From Eledone cirrhosa (Eukaryota), in assembly GCA_964016885.1 (NCBI GenBank), contig OZ024746.1:86056001-86120000 (forward strand): a DNA stretch of 64,000 nucleotides. Direction: 5' to 3'. The notes under the pieces were generated by a model. That model did no database searches. It had not been told where the DNA came from and saw only the letters and a program-made list of their open reading frames with translations. Within the stretch, counting starts at the first letter, position 1, and each line of letters opens with the position of its first letter. Below are positions 44,360 to 58,915 of this stretch, piece by piece. Both the position numbers and the translations under genes were made by a program.

Positions 44360-44830
44360 TAAAGGTACCCAGCACACACTGTAAGATAGTAGGTGATAGA
44401 GAAGGGCATCTGGACGCAGAAAGCTTGCCAAACAAAAGAGCGGAAGGATTCTACAGTTATATCAAAGACACGACAACATTCCTAGTGTTGGTGAGGTATA
44501 CGATAAATACGCCCAGTACACTCTGTAAAGCGGTTGGTGGTAGGAGGTGTTCGAAGGCGTAGAAAACCTCCCAAACAAAGGGGCGGAAGAACTCTTCTGT
44601 TGTATGAAAACTATGATATGCTCTCTACTGTTGGTGCCATAATAAAATCCAATAGGTAGAGTGCAAGATCACGTGAAAGCGAGATGCAGCTTCACCTACC
44701 CCCATCCCACACACGGGCCATCTGCGAGGTCAGCAGCGCCGCTTAAGTTCTGATTCAGTGTATGAATACTCGCCAAGCACTTGTTATCAGGGAAGACAGC
44801 AGATGTCAAATGATAATAATGACGATGAGC
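44360..44830 (+). mobile_element. Diverged SINE/LINE-tail-type repeat fragments (family C)
   Basis: Two degenerate copies of CCCAGYACACWCTGTAA..GGTT/AGG..AGG..GYAGAAA and a (GAT)n-like tail. A related piece lies at 42700-42750. Confidence 0.5.
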
Positions 44831-45228
44831 ACGATACACACACACACACACACACGCGCGTACGCACGCACACACACGCACGCATACACTCACACACGAA
44901 AGCACACACACACACACACGCACACACGCGTACGTACGCACGCACACACACACACACGAACGCACACGCGCGCGCGCGCACACACACAAGAACACACATA
45001 CACACACACACTCACGCACGCACACACAAACACACGCACATGTATATATGTATATTTTCCAGAAGCAGAGCTATTCTAACCATGACCATCCAGTTAAAAT
45101 AGTAGTAAAGTTGATTATGTTTAAACTAAAAACACTATATAACACTAAGAACACCATTTATTCAATTTATTCGACTATTGTTTATAGTTCATCTGTATGG
45201 TGGAGACTTTTCATGAAGCAAACATTAA

Positions 45229-45281
<53 letters not shown>

Positions 45282-45488
45282 TAGCGAGAATCGTATTTCG
45301 GGTTTGGAAAAACAACTTCCGAGATGTGTGGCAAGCGCTCAATAAATTCTAACGAACCGGAGCTACAACATACGTTAAAAGGCCAAACACACTGAGACGA
45401 TGGTTAAACCATTATCCGCACAGCCATAGAAGCGACCAAGTAATTCGGGTCAAACAAATAAAAAAAATATGATTGAAAAATATATATT

Positions 45489-45548
<60 letters not shown>

Positions 45549-45555
<7 letters not shown>

Positions 45556-46088
45556 ATACTTTGCGAGGGTCATGTTGCCAATAAGAAACACACGCACCAG
45601 CTGCTTTCACTACAATTTATTATAAATTAAATTATAAATTTAAAAAAATTAAAAAATTAATAAATTTCCGGTTGGTTCCACAACCGGACTGTTGTTCATA
45701 TATTGTCAAAGTTCTTTCGTCACACATTCTGTGACCTCATCAGTGACTGGGGATTCTTTTATTTGTTTTGTGCCTCTCCTTTGTTCTGTCCTACGCCATC
45801 TTGTTTTTGTGTGTTGTGTGCTTAGTTTGCGCATGTGTTTCATTCGGGTGTCTGTCTGTGTTTTTATTTGTTTATTTATTTGTTTATTTACATGTTACTA
45901 GTTAGATGTATGTTCTATGTGTGTGTGTTTTCATTTTGTCCTTAATTGTAAGTTGTGATGTTGCTATTCCATTCATGTTTTCTATTTAATTTTGGTTGGA
46001 GTTCATTTATGACCCTCCCAAAGTATAACAATATCGGTTTCAACACACGTTTTCAGATAAAGAATCTTGCTAAACAAATTCAGAAACG

Positions 46089-46145
<57 letters not shown>

Positions 46146-47764
46146 TACTTGGGGAGGGTCATATTTGTGTAATAATATTGCCAGAATTAATAACAGAATT
46201 AATAACAGAATTAATGCAACATCGTCAGTCGTGCTATTATGTTTCCTCCCGTTGTATTGTATGCCTACGCCATCTTTATTTAGTCTGTTTATTTATTTAT
46301 TTGTTGTTGTTTTTTTGTCTTCTCTGCGCATGCGTTTGCGTGTGTGTATAGTGTTTTGTTTGATGTGTGTTCGTGTTTGGGTGACTGTGTATTGGTTATT
46401 GTATTCTATCTTAGTTTACTAGTGTGAGTTTATATGTGTTTGTTGTTATTGTGCTTGTGTATTTATTTATTTATGTATTTATTTATACTTCTCTTAGGTC
46501 AGTGTTGTTTGTTTGGGTGTTGTTGATATTTCATTCCTTTTTTTTCTGTTTAGCCTTGGCCTTCTAAGTTCTATTTCGCTGGCCTCTCTGATTTGCCTAT
46601 CTGCTGGGTCATTTCTATGTTTAGATATTATTCTAATTTCTATGTTGTCTATGTTACTGTCGTGTTGTTGTCTAGCATGTTCGTATAGTACTGAACCGTT
46701 TTTTGTCCTTTTAGTTCCCCCCAGTGTTGGTCTATCCTTTCACCTCTGCTACGAGCTGTCTCGCCTATGTATGTTGTTTTCATGTTTCTGCAAGTACCCT
46801 CTGTACATCTTATGCTATAGACTACGTTTCTAGTTTTACAGTTTATCCGGGGGTTTACTTTACATATGACACATTTCCTATTAGTACAGTGGGTTTTCTT
46901 AAAAGGGTAGGTTTTGCTGATCAGTGATTTTATGGTGGTTCCTGGGTTTTCTACCACCTTAATCTTTAAGTGGGTCTTTCTCAGGGCCTTTCTACACTGG
47001 TTAGCTAATTTCCCTCCAGAGGTAGCGTCCACAAACAATGCACTCTGGTATCTCTGGTTGTCGTACCATGAAGTGGCTTTCCCTATCTTATGTCTAGTCC
47101 TATCTAAGCTATTCCATGATTTGCTCCTGTATAATGGGCAAATTCCTTTCATGTCCAGTTCTATGAGGGTCTTATACTTCTCCGTGGCTCCTTCGGTTGT
47201 AGCCAGAGAACTGCATGCGCTTGATGAAGTGTTGCATGTGTCTTTCCATTTCTGTTGGATCGCACATGCGGGACACGTTCTTCATTACTCGTACCATGTC
47301 AGCGATCAGAATATTAATCTTAGCACTACTGGACATTGCTGAGATTTTGAGATCAGGTATTTGTAGGCCATAAGTTTAGCATAGTGTGAGTGGAGAATTT
47401 GGGCTCTCTCGTCTATGGTGTTAATCCAGAGTTCCGTGTCTAATACAGGTAGTCTATTGTTAGGGTGTTTGGAAGGGTAGTCGATAGTTACAGTTATACT
47501 CTGGTGTATGGAATTAGCTATCTGCTCGATGCTTTCCATTGTGCTACGTTCTAAATCAAACTTGTTAGTGCTCTCTTGTGGGGATGTTCTTATAACTATA
47601 TTGATGTCGTCTACGTAACGAGAGTACACGATGAGGTCTATGGAGCTCTCATCAAGGAGATCTTTGAGTCTCCTTTCCCACCATACCATAAAAAGGTTGG
47701 CAATGTCACTAGCTATGCTGACGCCAATGCTCCCTCATTTTGGGTGTAGATCTTCTCGTTGAAC

Positions 47765-47770
<6 letters not shown>
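45549..47770 (-). mobile_element. 5'-truncated Penelope-like element (Naiad-like): RT, GIY-YIG endonuclease and HHR-bearing terminal repeats
   Basis: FKFNEKIYTQNEG/SIGVSIASDIANLFMVWWE, YSRYVDDI, LPVLD, CxxxxCxxC, NVVYSIRC...YIGETARS..ER..QH, with frameshifts. HHR at 45705-45747 (GTCA-CTGATGA-gGTCAC..GTGAC-GAAA-GAAC-TT-TGAC) and an inverted tail at 46008-46092. Confidence 0.85.
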
Positions 47771-47806
<36 letters not shown>

Positions 47807-47859
47807 GATATTAACAAATGGAAACTATATTTATGAAATATATATATATATGTATGTAT

Positions 47860-49246
47860 GTAAAAGGCAAACAGCAATAACAACACAACCGGTACAGTAT
47901 ATGGAAGGAATAGGTTAGGTTAACGCTTGAAATAGCAGGAAGAGGGTGTTAACGTTTCGAACGTTAGTCTTTCATCAGAAGAAAAAATGAGAAATTAGAA
48001 AGATTGAAGGGACGGGCGGGGTGGAATTGGAAAAAAATGTTTTTAGAGAAAAATAACCGGTCCATTGATGTTGCCCACTATGTTCATACACGGATCTCGT
48101 ATAAGCGCCTAAAGATAGGCCACAATTTAGATGCCTCTTGTATTTTGAAGGTGTAGTCAATATTGTCCTTTGAAACCTTGTGTAGCGCCTTTGTTTCATG
48201 CGTGAACATAAATAAATAACATAAATAAATAATATAATATTTCCGCTCTCTTCCCTTTTGAGCACTGTTTTCCTTTTTCTTTTTCACTGCTAGAGGTATT
48301 GCTACACACATGATATATATATATATATTTTACCTATTTATATCATTGTTTTACGATCGTTTCGAAGGGTTGATCATACTGACATATTGACTGACCTATA
48401 GTAGTTATATAACTGTATACTATCAGACTCCATCTATAGGTTCTATTAGACCCCGCGAAACGACCGTAAAACAATGATATAAATAGGTAAAATGACTTGA
48501 CTTGGTTATTATTATTTTCATTGTTAAATTAATATCTAATATCAGATTCTGTATTTAAGGAATTAACTCAGCGGAACACGCAACCTTTCTATAGATTTCA
48601 CTGGATTACTCGATATCAGATTACATTGAGTTCTATCTACGATACGGACCCTGCCACGAATGGTAGACCGCATTGAAAAGAAAAAAATATATATACATAA
48701 AACTTTATTTTAACATCCTTTTATTTTTCATTTTTTAACGTTATTTTCTTTGCAATTTTCCTTTTGTCTTATTCCCAATGAAGAGCAAATGTCCGATACA
48801 TTGACTATGTAACTCATTCTTCTTCCTCCAAGCGTGAAACTAATACATTTATAAACTTCATGTTATTGCATCCTCTTGTTTGTTCGTTTGACACGTTTTT
48901 ACCATTTACACACACACACACACACGCACACACACACACACACATATATTCTAGGGCGGGTAAAATTCCCGAGATCCATGGACGAGTTCTCTCCAGCGGT
49001 CTCTGTCCCTCATTATCGCTGCCATGTCCTGCGTCTCCATATATACATTATATATATTTTACCTAAAGACATTTTTTCTAATTCCACCCCGCCCGTCCCT
49101 TCAATCTATCTTATTTCTCATTCTTTCTTCTTATGAAAGACTAGCATCCGAAACGTTAAGACCCCTTTCATGCTATATCAAGCGTTAACCTAATACATTC
49201 CTTCCATATATTGTACCGATTGTGTTGTTATTTCTGTTTACCTTTT

Positions 49247-49248
<2 letters not shown>
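47860..49248. repeat. ~185-bp inverted repeat pair (47860-48046 / 49062-49248), each with a minimal HHR-like motif
   Basis: Minus: CTGATGA-aagactaacgttc-GAAA-CGTT. Plus: TCTT-CTTATGA-...-GAAA-CG-TT-AAGA. A 3' fragment also lies at 22803-22841. Confidence 0.7.
48328..48492. repeat. 37-bp-arm inverted repeat with HHR 3' half (GAAA-CGATCG-TA)
   Basis: TTTTACCTATTTATATCATTGTTTTACGATCGTTTCG and its inverse at 48456-48492. Confidence 0.7.
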
Positions 49249-49280
<32 letters not shown>

Positions 49281-50628
49281 ACGCACACGCACACGCACAC
49301 GCACACGCACACACACACACACACATACACACACACACACACACCAACACACACATATATATATGAATATATGAATGGTAAAAACGTGTCAAACATTACA
49401 CACTGTAGAAAGACGTAGCTGTGTTGAAATTAAAAATATTCCAGAAGTATTTTACAAATTATAGAGAAACATATATTGTAAGTAACGGAGATGGTCACGT
49501 TTGAATTGATGATGTTTCAGTTTATTTATTTAAACAATTCTTTAATTAAGACATTCTGGAACAAATTCCAGAATGGTTTCGAAGCATTCAATTATGTCAA
49601 TCCTTCAGAAACGTACGTAATATATATCATGGTATGTTATGGGGTGGTGGTAGGGTTTTGATTAATTACAGTGTCTAACCACTATAAATCGCTAACTACT
49701 GCATTGTTTTACTGGCGCTACCATTAAGGTGAACTAGACAGCTACTTAAGGCGCAAATCTCAGAGAAGCGCAATACTGAACCTGAAAGAATCAGTTTTAT
49801 AAAATTTGTATGATTAAATTTATTTATATAAAAACGAAAATGACTGTATGAAGGCGTTGCATTTCCACAGTTTCCATCCGATTTTGTTCAAATTTGATAC
49901 ATAGGTTATTTAGCTCCCGGAGCATGCCACCATATAGTTTAAATCGTGCTCTCCCCTAAAATAGTAGAGCTCTAGGCTATCTAAAGACGCCCATGCTGAA
50001 GAGAGAGAGGTGGAGTCTTATTTACAATGACGAAAGGTGTGTTCAGCAACGACGGTCTCTTTTGCTAGTTTAATATATAATACAATAATTTCCTGTAATC
50101 AATAAAGAAATCACTAACTAACTTTGTTGTGTAGCAACGTAGTGGAAATATCAAAATCGGTAGACAGGGTCGTATGGTGATCTGACATACCATATGATTT
50201 GGTGTGGGCGAGGGTGGACTATGTTGTTTGAAATGCAAGCTCAGTAATTTTTTATATGTGATAAAAGCTAGAAGTGTCAAAATCTAGGCTCGTCAGATTA
50301 CCAAACTGTGAGGTGAAATCTTTTGTTTGAAACAATGGGGCCCATTACTGGGAGAATGGTGTAGATATTGTAGAGGTACCATAGGTGTAAAATACCTAGG
50401 TACAGGCGCTGATTATCTGGCTAGCTGAAGACCGACTAACAATGTGAGGTGATGGTTTTGTACCTTACTTGTAACATAATAAAGGTTTGTCATACTTTTG
50501 TTTGTCTGATATGGAAACCTTGTTCAAATCGAATCTGTATGAAATGTGTAAGTTTGTAAATATTTAATGCCTACGCATTCATACATACATCATGGTGAAC
50601 AATCTACTATGGTATTTCCCTCTATCCA

Positions 50629-50703
<75 letters not shown>

Positions 50704-50764
50704 ACTCTGTCATATACACACACGCATACATATATACGTATATAAGATTATTCAAAAATCCCAA

Positions 50765-51612
50765 ATCCAGGACCTTCTCCCACTTGTTGGAGGTATCCCT
50801 CTTTGGTTGACCTACACCGCTTCCTATCTCTGGCCATATTGGGTCATGTGGGGCCGAAATATCAGATCATCGCGCCTCTGGCTTTTGGCCACTATCTCTA
50901 TCTTCTCTGCTGCCTTGGTGTCCACTCTGTCACTCTAATAGTCCACCTGTTTCGTCTTAAACGAAAGACGTGGCCAGCTTATCTATGTTTGCCCTTCGTG
51001 ATAGTCTCTATTATGACCTTCATGCTAGTCTGCTGACAAATCTAGGTGTGGATCTTCCTGTCATTTAAGGTGATGCCAAGCATGATTCACCCTATTTTAC
51101 GTTGGGCCACTGCAAGAGTCTCTACAGAGGTGGTGTTTAGTGTCAACATTTCACTTCCATATATCATCACCTGCAGAACATATTCATTTAACAGATTTCT
51201 TTTAGTTTCAAGTGTTGACTTGGAACTTCTAATGATGTTATAAACTTTTCCAAAAGCTGCCCAGCCAATCACAATCCTTCTTTTGACCTTCAGAAGTAGG
51301 TTACCATCTCTTGCAACCTTATTTCCAAGGTAATAACTGTCTACTTCCTTGATGGTCTTTCCATTCCACAATAACTAACTTGTGATAGTTTAGTATGGCT
51401 ATTAAAGTATGACCTTGGTTTTCCCAAGATCGATGTTAAGGCCTACTGGTTGACTCTCAGTGTGGAGAGCATTGAACATCTCCTCCAATTCTTGTGGTGT
51501 ATGTGTCATTAGGATGATATCATCTGTGAAATCTAGGTGACATAGGACTTCACCATCTATGTTGATACCCTTGTTCTCTGTCTTAATGTAATCTGAGAGT
51601 CGATGTAGCGCC
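50765..51612 (-). mobile_element. RTE-clade LINE 3' fragment (RT C-terminus)
   Basis: GINIDGEVLCHLDFTDDIIL..., GLNIDLGKTKV, YYLG, VMIYGSE; disrupted. Confidence 0.8.
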
Positions 51613-51642
51613 ATTGTAAATATATATATATAGAGAGAACAG

Positions 51643-52025
51643 GAAAACGAAAAATCAGTGATGCATCTGAACTCAATTTATTGTGTGTTACAATTGTTTC
51701 GCCGGCGGACAGCTCGAGACGCGATCATTGTGTGCATCTGTCTGATTCTGGACCCGCAGGTTCGACGGACACGTCTAATGATTTCGGAGCATATTCTCTC
51801 CGAAATCATTAGAGTGTTCGTCGAACCTGCGGGTCCAGAATCAGACAGATCTCCCACAATGATCGCGTCTCGAGCTGTCCGCCGGCGAAACAATTGTAAC
51901 ACACAATAAATTGAGTTTAGATGCATCACTGATTTTTCGTTTTCTATTCTATCATACTCTGCTCCGTAAGAGCATAGAGTGCTCAACCGGTATACCGCCT
52001 ATGGAAGCATCTTGGCTACCATTTG
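51643..52025. repeat. ~145-bp-arm palindrome (51643-51944) plus unpaired 3' tail
   Basis: Near-perfect arms centred at ~51793, containing GAAA-CAATTG-TA-ACAC (HHR 3' half). Confidence 0.85.
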
Positions 52026-52083
<58 letters not shown>

Positions 52084-52084
52084 G

Positions 52085-52152
<68 letters not shown>

Positions 52153-53587
52153 AATTTACAAAAATGATTCAAAACTTGTTTTAAATGCTGTTTGTAAATG
52201 TCTGTATATACTCCGTAAATTGTTACATTTGGAACCTTATATTGGAACTAGCACATGAAATAATTCGACCGTTGAGTGAAACACTACTGTAAACGGCTTC
52301 AGTTTTTTGTCATATAATCACTAAAATAGTTGATTACACTAACGGAAACTGAATACTACTATAATTCTCTCTCTCTCGTTATATATGCAACTGTCCCTCG
52401 TTATTCGCGTGGGTACGTTCGTAGAGCACCCGAGAAGAGTGAAAAACTGCGAATATTGGACGTCGTCCATAAAAATGCATATAAACGTCAAAATATAACG
52501 CAAAATATAATGAAAAAAAAGGGGCGTCTTATGCGAAGGGGCGTCCAATAGACCGGCAAATACGTACGTTATATTGTTATTAATAATTTAGCGTTAAATA
52601 TATATATATTACCACGAAAAAAGCCATTAAAAATCGTGGAAGATATTTTATGATTCCTCGAATATGCGGTAGTTTCCACGAACAATTTTTAGTTTTAGTT
52701 TGGTTCTCAGGAAAACTCCGCGAATAACCGGAACAGCGAATGTCAAGTCCATGAATGCCGGGGGGTACACAGTCAGGGGCCTCATTTGCCTTAAAAATGT
52801 GAGGGGGACAAACCAACATTTGTTGATTCTTAAAGGAGCATAAATTACTTATGGTGTCTTTCCCGGACCCTATCACATGAGTAAAATTTTACGCTAATTA
52901 AATTTTAGATATTCAAATGAAGTTCAGATATAAAAGGATAAGCTTAAAATGAATTTATTATATCAAATAAACAAAAAATAAAACATAGACTTTTGAAAAA
53001 GTGAGGGGGACTTGTCTCCTGGTACCCTACTAGGATTGTACTCTTGTTGAATAACAAATCTAATTCCTCTTTTAAGAGTCTATCTGGAGCAATGGCTGTG
53101 ACATTGTGGAAGAGACTAAACAGAATATCTATGAACGATAATATACTAATGAATATTTCACATTGATACACATGCATATACATATATACTTACAAAACAC
53201 AGACACATGCACATATATATATATACATACATATACATATTTACATACAAATATATATACATACAAACACACACACACATATATATATACACATACATAT
53301 TTACATAGAAACACACATAAATAAATACACATATTTATTGATGAGTGGGAACTGTCTGTGTGACTGTCTCTTCCGAGTTGTCTGTATCCTTTATAGGTCC
53401 CATGTGTTTCGTGATGATATTATATCCTACACAGTCTAACTTTGAGATCCAAACTGTTGTTTATTACTGCTGTGATTCTCTCTCCCTCTTTTTCCCTATA
53501 TTTCTCTCTCTCCCTCCCTCTCTACCTTCTCTCTGTATCTATCCATGTCCCTCTCTCTCTCTCTTCTTGTTCTCATTATTATCCCAG

Positions 53588-54245
53588 GGCGGTAGAGGGT
53601 CGGACGCCATACTTTGCAGCAAAGAGTTACGGCCCTTTATGATCTGAGTTCAAATCCCGCCGAGGTTAACTTTGCCTTTCATCCTTACGGGGTCGATAGA
53701 ATAAAGTACCAGTAATACACTGGGATAAATTCTGGCCTTGTGCCAAAAGTAGAAACAATTATTATCCCACCTACCAACTTCTCATCAAGCCTCTTTCACA
53801 TTCTTTTCTATTTTTAATATAGAAAATAAAGAACATAAAGCAATGAAATTATCACATGATCCATATGACAGGAACGGAAGAGACGAACTCCCACCGTCAT
53901 CGCCCCCATCTCTCTCTCCCTACCCATCTCTCTGTATAGTGAGCAGTTGGGGCCCCACAGCCCCGGCGGACAGAATGGAGAAGGCGTTTCCCCGGAGGAT
54001 GGTAAGGGAGATGCGATGGAAGAGACATATTTTGACATCTCATTCTGCTTCGTCTCTTCTCGTCTATCAGATTGGCAGAATCAGCAGAGGGTCGGACGCC
54101 ATGCTTTGACGCATAGAGTTACGTCCCTTGCTATTCTGAGTTCAAATCCCGCCGAGGTTAACTTTGCCTTTCATCCTTATGGGGGTCGATAAAATAAAGT
54201 ACCAGTAACGCACTGGGATAATTGTGTCAAAAGTAGAAACAATTA
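53588..54245 (+). mobile_element. Two family-A SINE copies (53588-53763, 54068-54245)
   Basis: B-box and core motif present in both. Confidence 0.85.
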
Positions 54246-54247
54246 TT

Positions 54248-54734
54248 TGTTCCTGATGACCTGTGTCTTCAACAGACCAGTGTCTGTCCTTAGGGCATCA
54301 ACATACGTTAACCTTGGTCTTCCTCTTCCAGTGTGTCCATGTAGGGGCTCCCACAGGAGCACTGAGTGCAATGTCAACTCTGGATATCGGTGAGCATGTC
54401 CAGCTAACATCAGTCTCCTCTGTGTCACTTTTGAGCTGACTTTTGGGAGGCTCCCATACAGATTGTGAATACGGAAGATGATCTGGTTGAGAGGAAGAGC
54501 AAAGCCTGGGCGGCGTGCCACAGCTTGAAATCAGTGTGGAAGTCTGACCTTCGTAAAGACCCGAAAATCCGCCTCTTCATTGCTGTAGTGGAGTCTGTGC
54601 TGCTGTACGGGCCTGAGACTTGGACACTGACCAAGAAACTCACACAGATGGTGGATGGGTGCTACACGAGAATGCTGAGGATGGCTCTGAACATTAATCA
54701 GTATACACTGAGGATGAAAAACTCAGAGCTGTAT
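54248..54734 (-). mobile_element. RTE-type LINE fragment with 5' inversion
   Basis: The plus segment 54465-54734 (..VESVLLYGPETWTLT..NSELY) is continued by the minus segment 54461-54248 (LYGSLPKVS..AGH..GRPRLTYVD). Confidence 0.8.
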
Positions 54735-54741
54735 ATATATA

Positions 54742-55433
<692 letters not shown>

Positions 55434-56107
55434 GTGTATGAGTGTGTGTGTATGTATGTATATATGTATGTATATATACACTCACACACACACATGATCG
55501 CTAATCAATTTAACGATTGCTCTTGATTACCCAAGTTGGTCAAGCCACACCTCTATAGGGCGGGTGTGGTACTGGTGTAGTGTGATGTTGTGGTGGGAGT
55601 GATAGTAATAGTTATAATGGTGGCATAATGTTGGTGTTGTGGTTGTAGTGGTAGTGGTGGTGGTGGTGGTGATTGTCATGACTGTTGTGGTGGGGATAAT
55701 GATGGTGGCGGTGATGGTGGTTATCGTGGTGGCGGTGGTGGGGGTGGGGTGGGGGTGGTGATTGCGATGGTGGTGGTGATTGAGATGTGGTGGTTATTGC
55801 GTTGGTACTGATCGTGGTGCTGTTGTGGTTGTAATGTTGATGTTGGCGGTGGTTGTGGTGGTAGTGGTGGTAGTGGTGGTAATGGTAATTGTGGTAGAGG
55901 TAGTTATGGTAGTCATTTGGTGAATGTCGCAAATATTCCGTTTCTTTTCTATGTCAACTGTGCGTTTACTTACACTGTTCAACATTACGAGCCCATCATT
56001 CATGTACAGACCTCCCCACGAATACCAGATTGTATAGGAGACCCGTCGGCTCCAAATACGAGTGCTCCATTTGTTGGGTCAACAGAACAGTCTGCTCGTG
56101 AAATTAA

Positions 56108-56326
56108 CCCTTTAGCATTTGCATTACTCTATATTTACTATTATATTTTCACGGCAAAGGCTTTACCTCACATAATTATCTCACATAATATCGAATCTAT
56201 GAGATTTTGATATTATTTATTTTGAGAACAATACCTTAACATCAGTATGACGGCCAGTTATGGCCGGTTGAACAGAAAGAGGTGAGAGAATTCTGACCAG
56301 ATATGGCCGGTTTATATGCTAAAGGG
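56108..56326. mobile_element. piggyBac-type MITE inserted in a family-B SINE
   Basis: TTAA|CCCTTTAGCAT ... ATGCTAAAGGG|TTAA. Confidence 0.85.
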
Positions 56327-56973
56327 TTAAAGTGTAATTGGTTGAATATTATACAGACACATGTATACATAATGTAGTTCTCAGGAAAATTCGGCGTGAC
56401 ACTGTGGGTGACAAATTGGACTTTTGAATTCCAGATTTTAACTCATTTGTACCAGCTAAGTGGTTGACCATTTCACGGACACGTCCACACTTAATGAAGT
56501 TCTCAGAGAAAATCAGACTAACACAGTGTGCGCCAATGCTAATTCTTTGAGTAACAGTCACAATTCTTGTCAGCCGAGTGGAGCTGGAACAATATCTTAA
56601 ATAAAGCGTATTTCTCAAGGAAACCAAGTACTATCTGAAGTACTATCTAGAATCGAACATACAACCTTAAGGGCGCGAGCTGAACAGCCTAACCACTAAT
56701 CCTTTACAGCTGTCGAGTAAACGCAATGACACGTCCATAACTTAGTCTGACACTTGTATCTTAGATAAACTTTCGTAGATAAACTTTCGACACCAGCGCC
56801 GTCTAGCAGCACATAGTTGTGTCTAATTAATAGGAAATGTAGCCATGATTTCACCCAAATATTCTATTGATAACCTATCATTACACCACCACCACCACCA
56901 ATATTTTGTGAGGTTATTTATACTTCACGGTATATTATTGAACAAATACCCACATATTTACATATGTACATAA

Positions 56974-57121
<148 letters not shown>

Positions 57122-57248
57122 CCAGAAATAGCCGTCGAAACGGCTTGAGCTCTGCCGTCGGGGTTAAACATTTTCCGATATATATATACATATATATGTA
57201 CACACACACACACATATTTACATATATACGTATACACACACACACACG

Positions 57249-57337
<89 letters not shown>

Positions 57338-57469
57338 GTGTATTTGTTTTTACTCCTTTTCTAGTTTCAGTAATCAGGCTGTGGCCATGTTAGGGTATCG
57401 CCTTGGTTTAGTCAATCATTCCAACACGCTACAGGACATAATATCTGACACAAACATAAACACAGATAC

Positions 57470-57539
<70 letters not shown>

Positions 57540-57565
57540 TTGCATATGAATATATTATATATCAA

Positions 57566-57810
57566 TCTTCTTCTTCTTCTTCTTCTTCTTCTTCTTCTTC
57601 TTCTTCTTCTTCTTCTTCTTCTTCTTCTTCTTCCTGAGAGGGTCGTGGGGGCAGAGTCCTCAAACACTCCTTACAGCGGGTCCTGTCAGAAGCAACCATC
57701 TCCAACTGATCCTGCTGGATCCCCAGGCGTGACCAGCCAAGCTCATGGATGTTATCCAACCATCTTGGTCAGGGTCTGCCCCTGGGTCTCCTGCCGGTTG
57801 GTTTTGCCTG
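57566..57810 (-). mobile_element. RTE (Expander/Rex3-like) 3' end with (GAA)n tail
   Basis: GRRPRGRP*PRWLDNIHELGWSRLGI..LPPRP followed by (GAA)n. Confidence 0.65.
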
Positions 57811-58081
57811 CAGTTTCAGCTACCAAATTCCATTCGCAAGGTATTGGTCAGCCCTAGGCTATAGCAAAAGACACTTGCCCAAGGTACCATGCAGTGTAAT
57901 TGAACCCAGACCCAGACAACCCTACTTCCAAACATACGAACGTACGAACGTACGAACGTATGTATCTATGTATGTATGCATATTCGTGTGTCCGTGCAGG
58001 CATCTTATCATATACAATATATAAATGCGTGCGAACTCTCTCTCTCTCTCACACACACACACCAATATATATATATATATA

Positions 58082-58133
<52 letters not shown>

Positions 58134-58519
58134 TATATGCATACATACATACATACATGAACGCATACATACATACACAATATACATACACACATTCATA
58201 CATACATACATACATACATAAAAACATATATACGTCTATGTTATGTATGTGTGTGTTGGTAAGATTAAATGACTAATGTGTGGGATGTATTTGTTGTTAT
58301 CTCCCTTGTTATCATAGATCAAGCTTTATCCTAAGAGAATACACTTTAACTTCAACATATGGCTAGCTAGAGCAGGAGAAATGTAGTAATAGCATGTAAG
58401 ATCCCACGCTGAAAGGTGTCAGATTTTTGTAGATTTAAACACCCAATCGTCTCTACTTATTGTCGATTTCATAACGAAAGGACGGATTTCCGTCTGTTTC
58501 GAAGCTGAGCGCTCCAGCT

Positions 58520-58915
58520 CATCGATCAATGGAAATGACTACTCGTGAAATTAACGAGCAACAGGTTGAGCATTCTTTAGACAGATTTGAGTACCCTTAG
58601 CATAATTCTCAGGGATATCCAGGAGTATATAACAAGGTTGCCCCTTTGAATTACAGGTACAATCAATCCATCTTGTATGAGTGCAAGTGGTTAAGTATTT
58701 CACAGACAGGAGTACCCCTACTGTAATTTTCAGTGAGATTTATTAATGACAGTGTGAAACGATGCAGACCCTTTGAGTTTTAGGTAAAACCCATCCGACG
58801 AGCTTCCAAACAGTTTCCAAGATAAATGACACTTGCACACCGTGCCACGTCGTGGCATTAAACACGGGATCTTATGATTGCAAAGAGAGCTTGTGAACTA
58901 TGCGGTCATGCTGGA
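58520..58915 (-). mobile_element. Diverged family-B SINE copies (also 56080-56700 and 60495-60750)
   Basis: Shared CTCGTGAAATTAACG..GAGCATT..CAGAC..TTCTCAGGG..CCCTTTGAATTA. Confidence 0.6.

Noticed and set aside
46500-47770. Selenocysteine recoding in the Naiad-like ORF
   Set aside because: The interruptions seen are frameshifts or deletions. The one TGA near the C-terminus falls at a probable Trp position in a decayed copy, and no SECIS was identified.
52388-52566. Tigger/pogo-like termini
   Set aside because: The TIR-like motifs do not pair with each other and are too degenerate to call.
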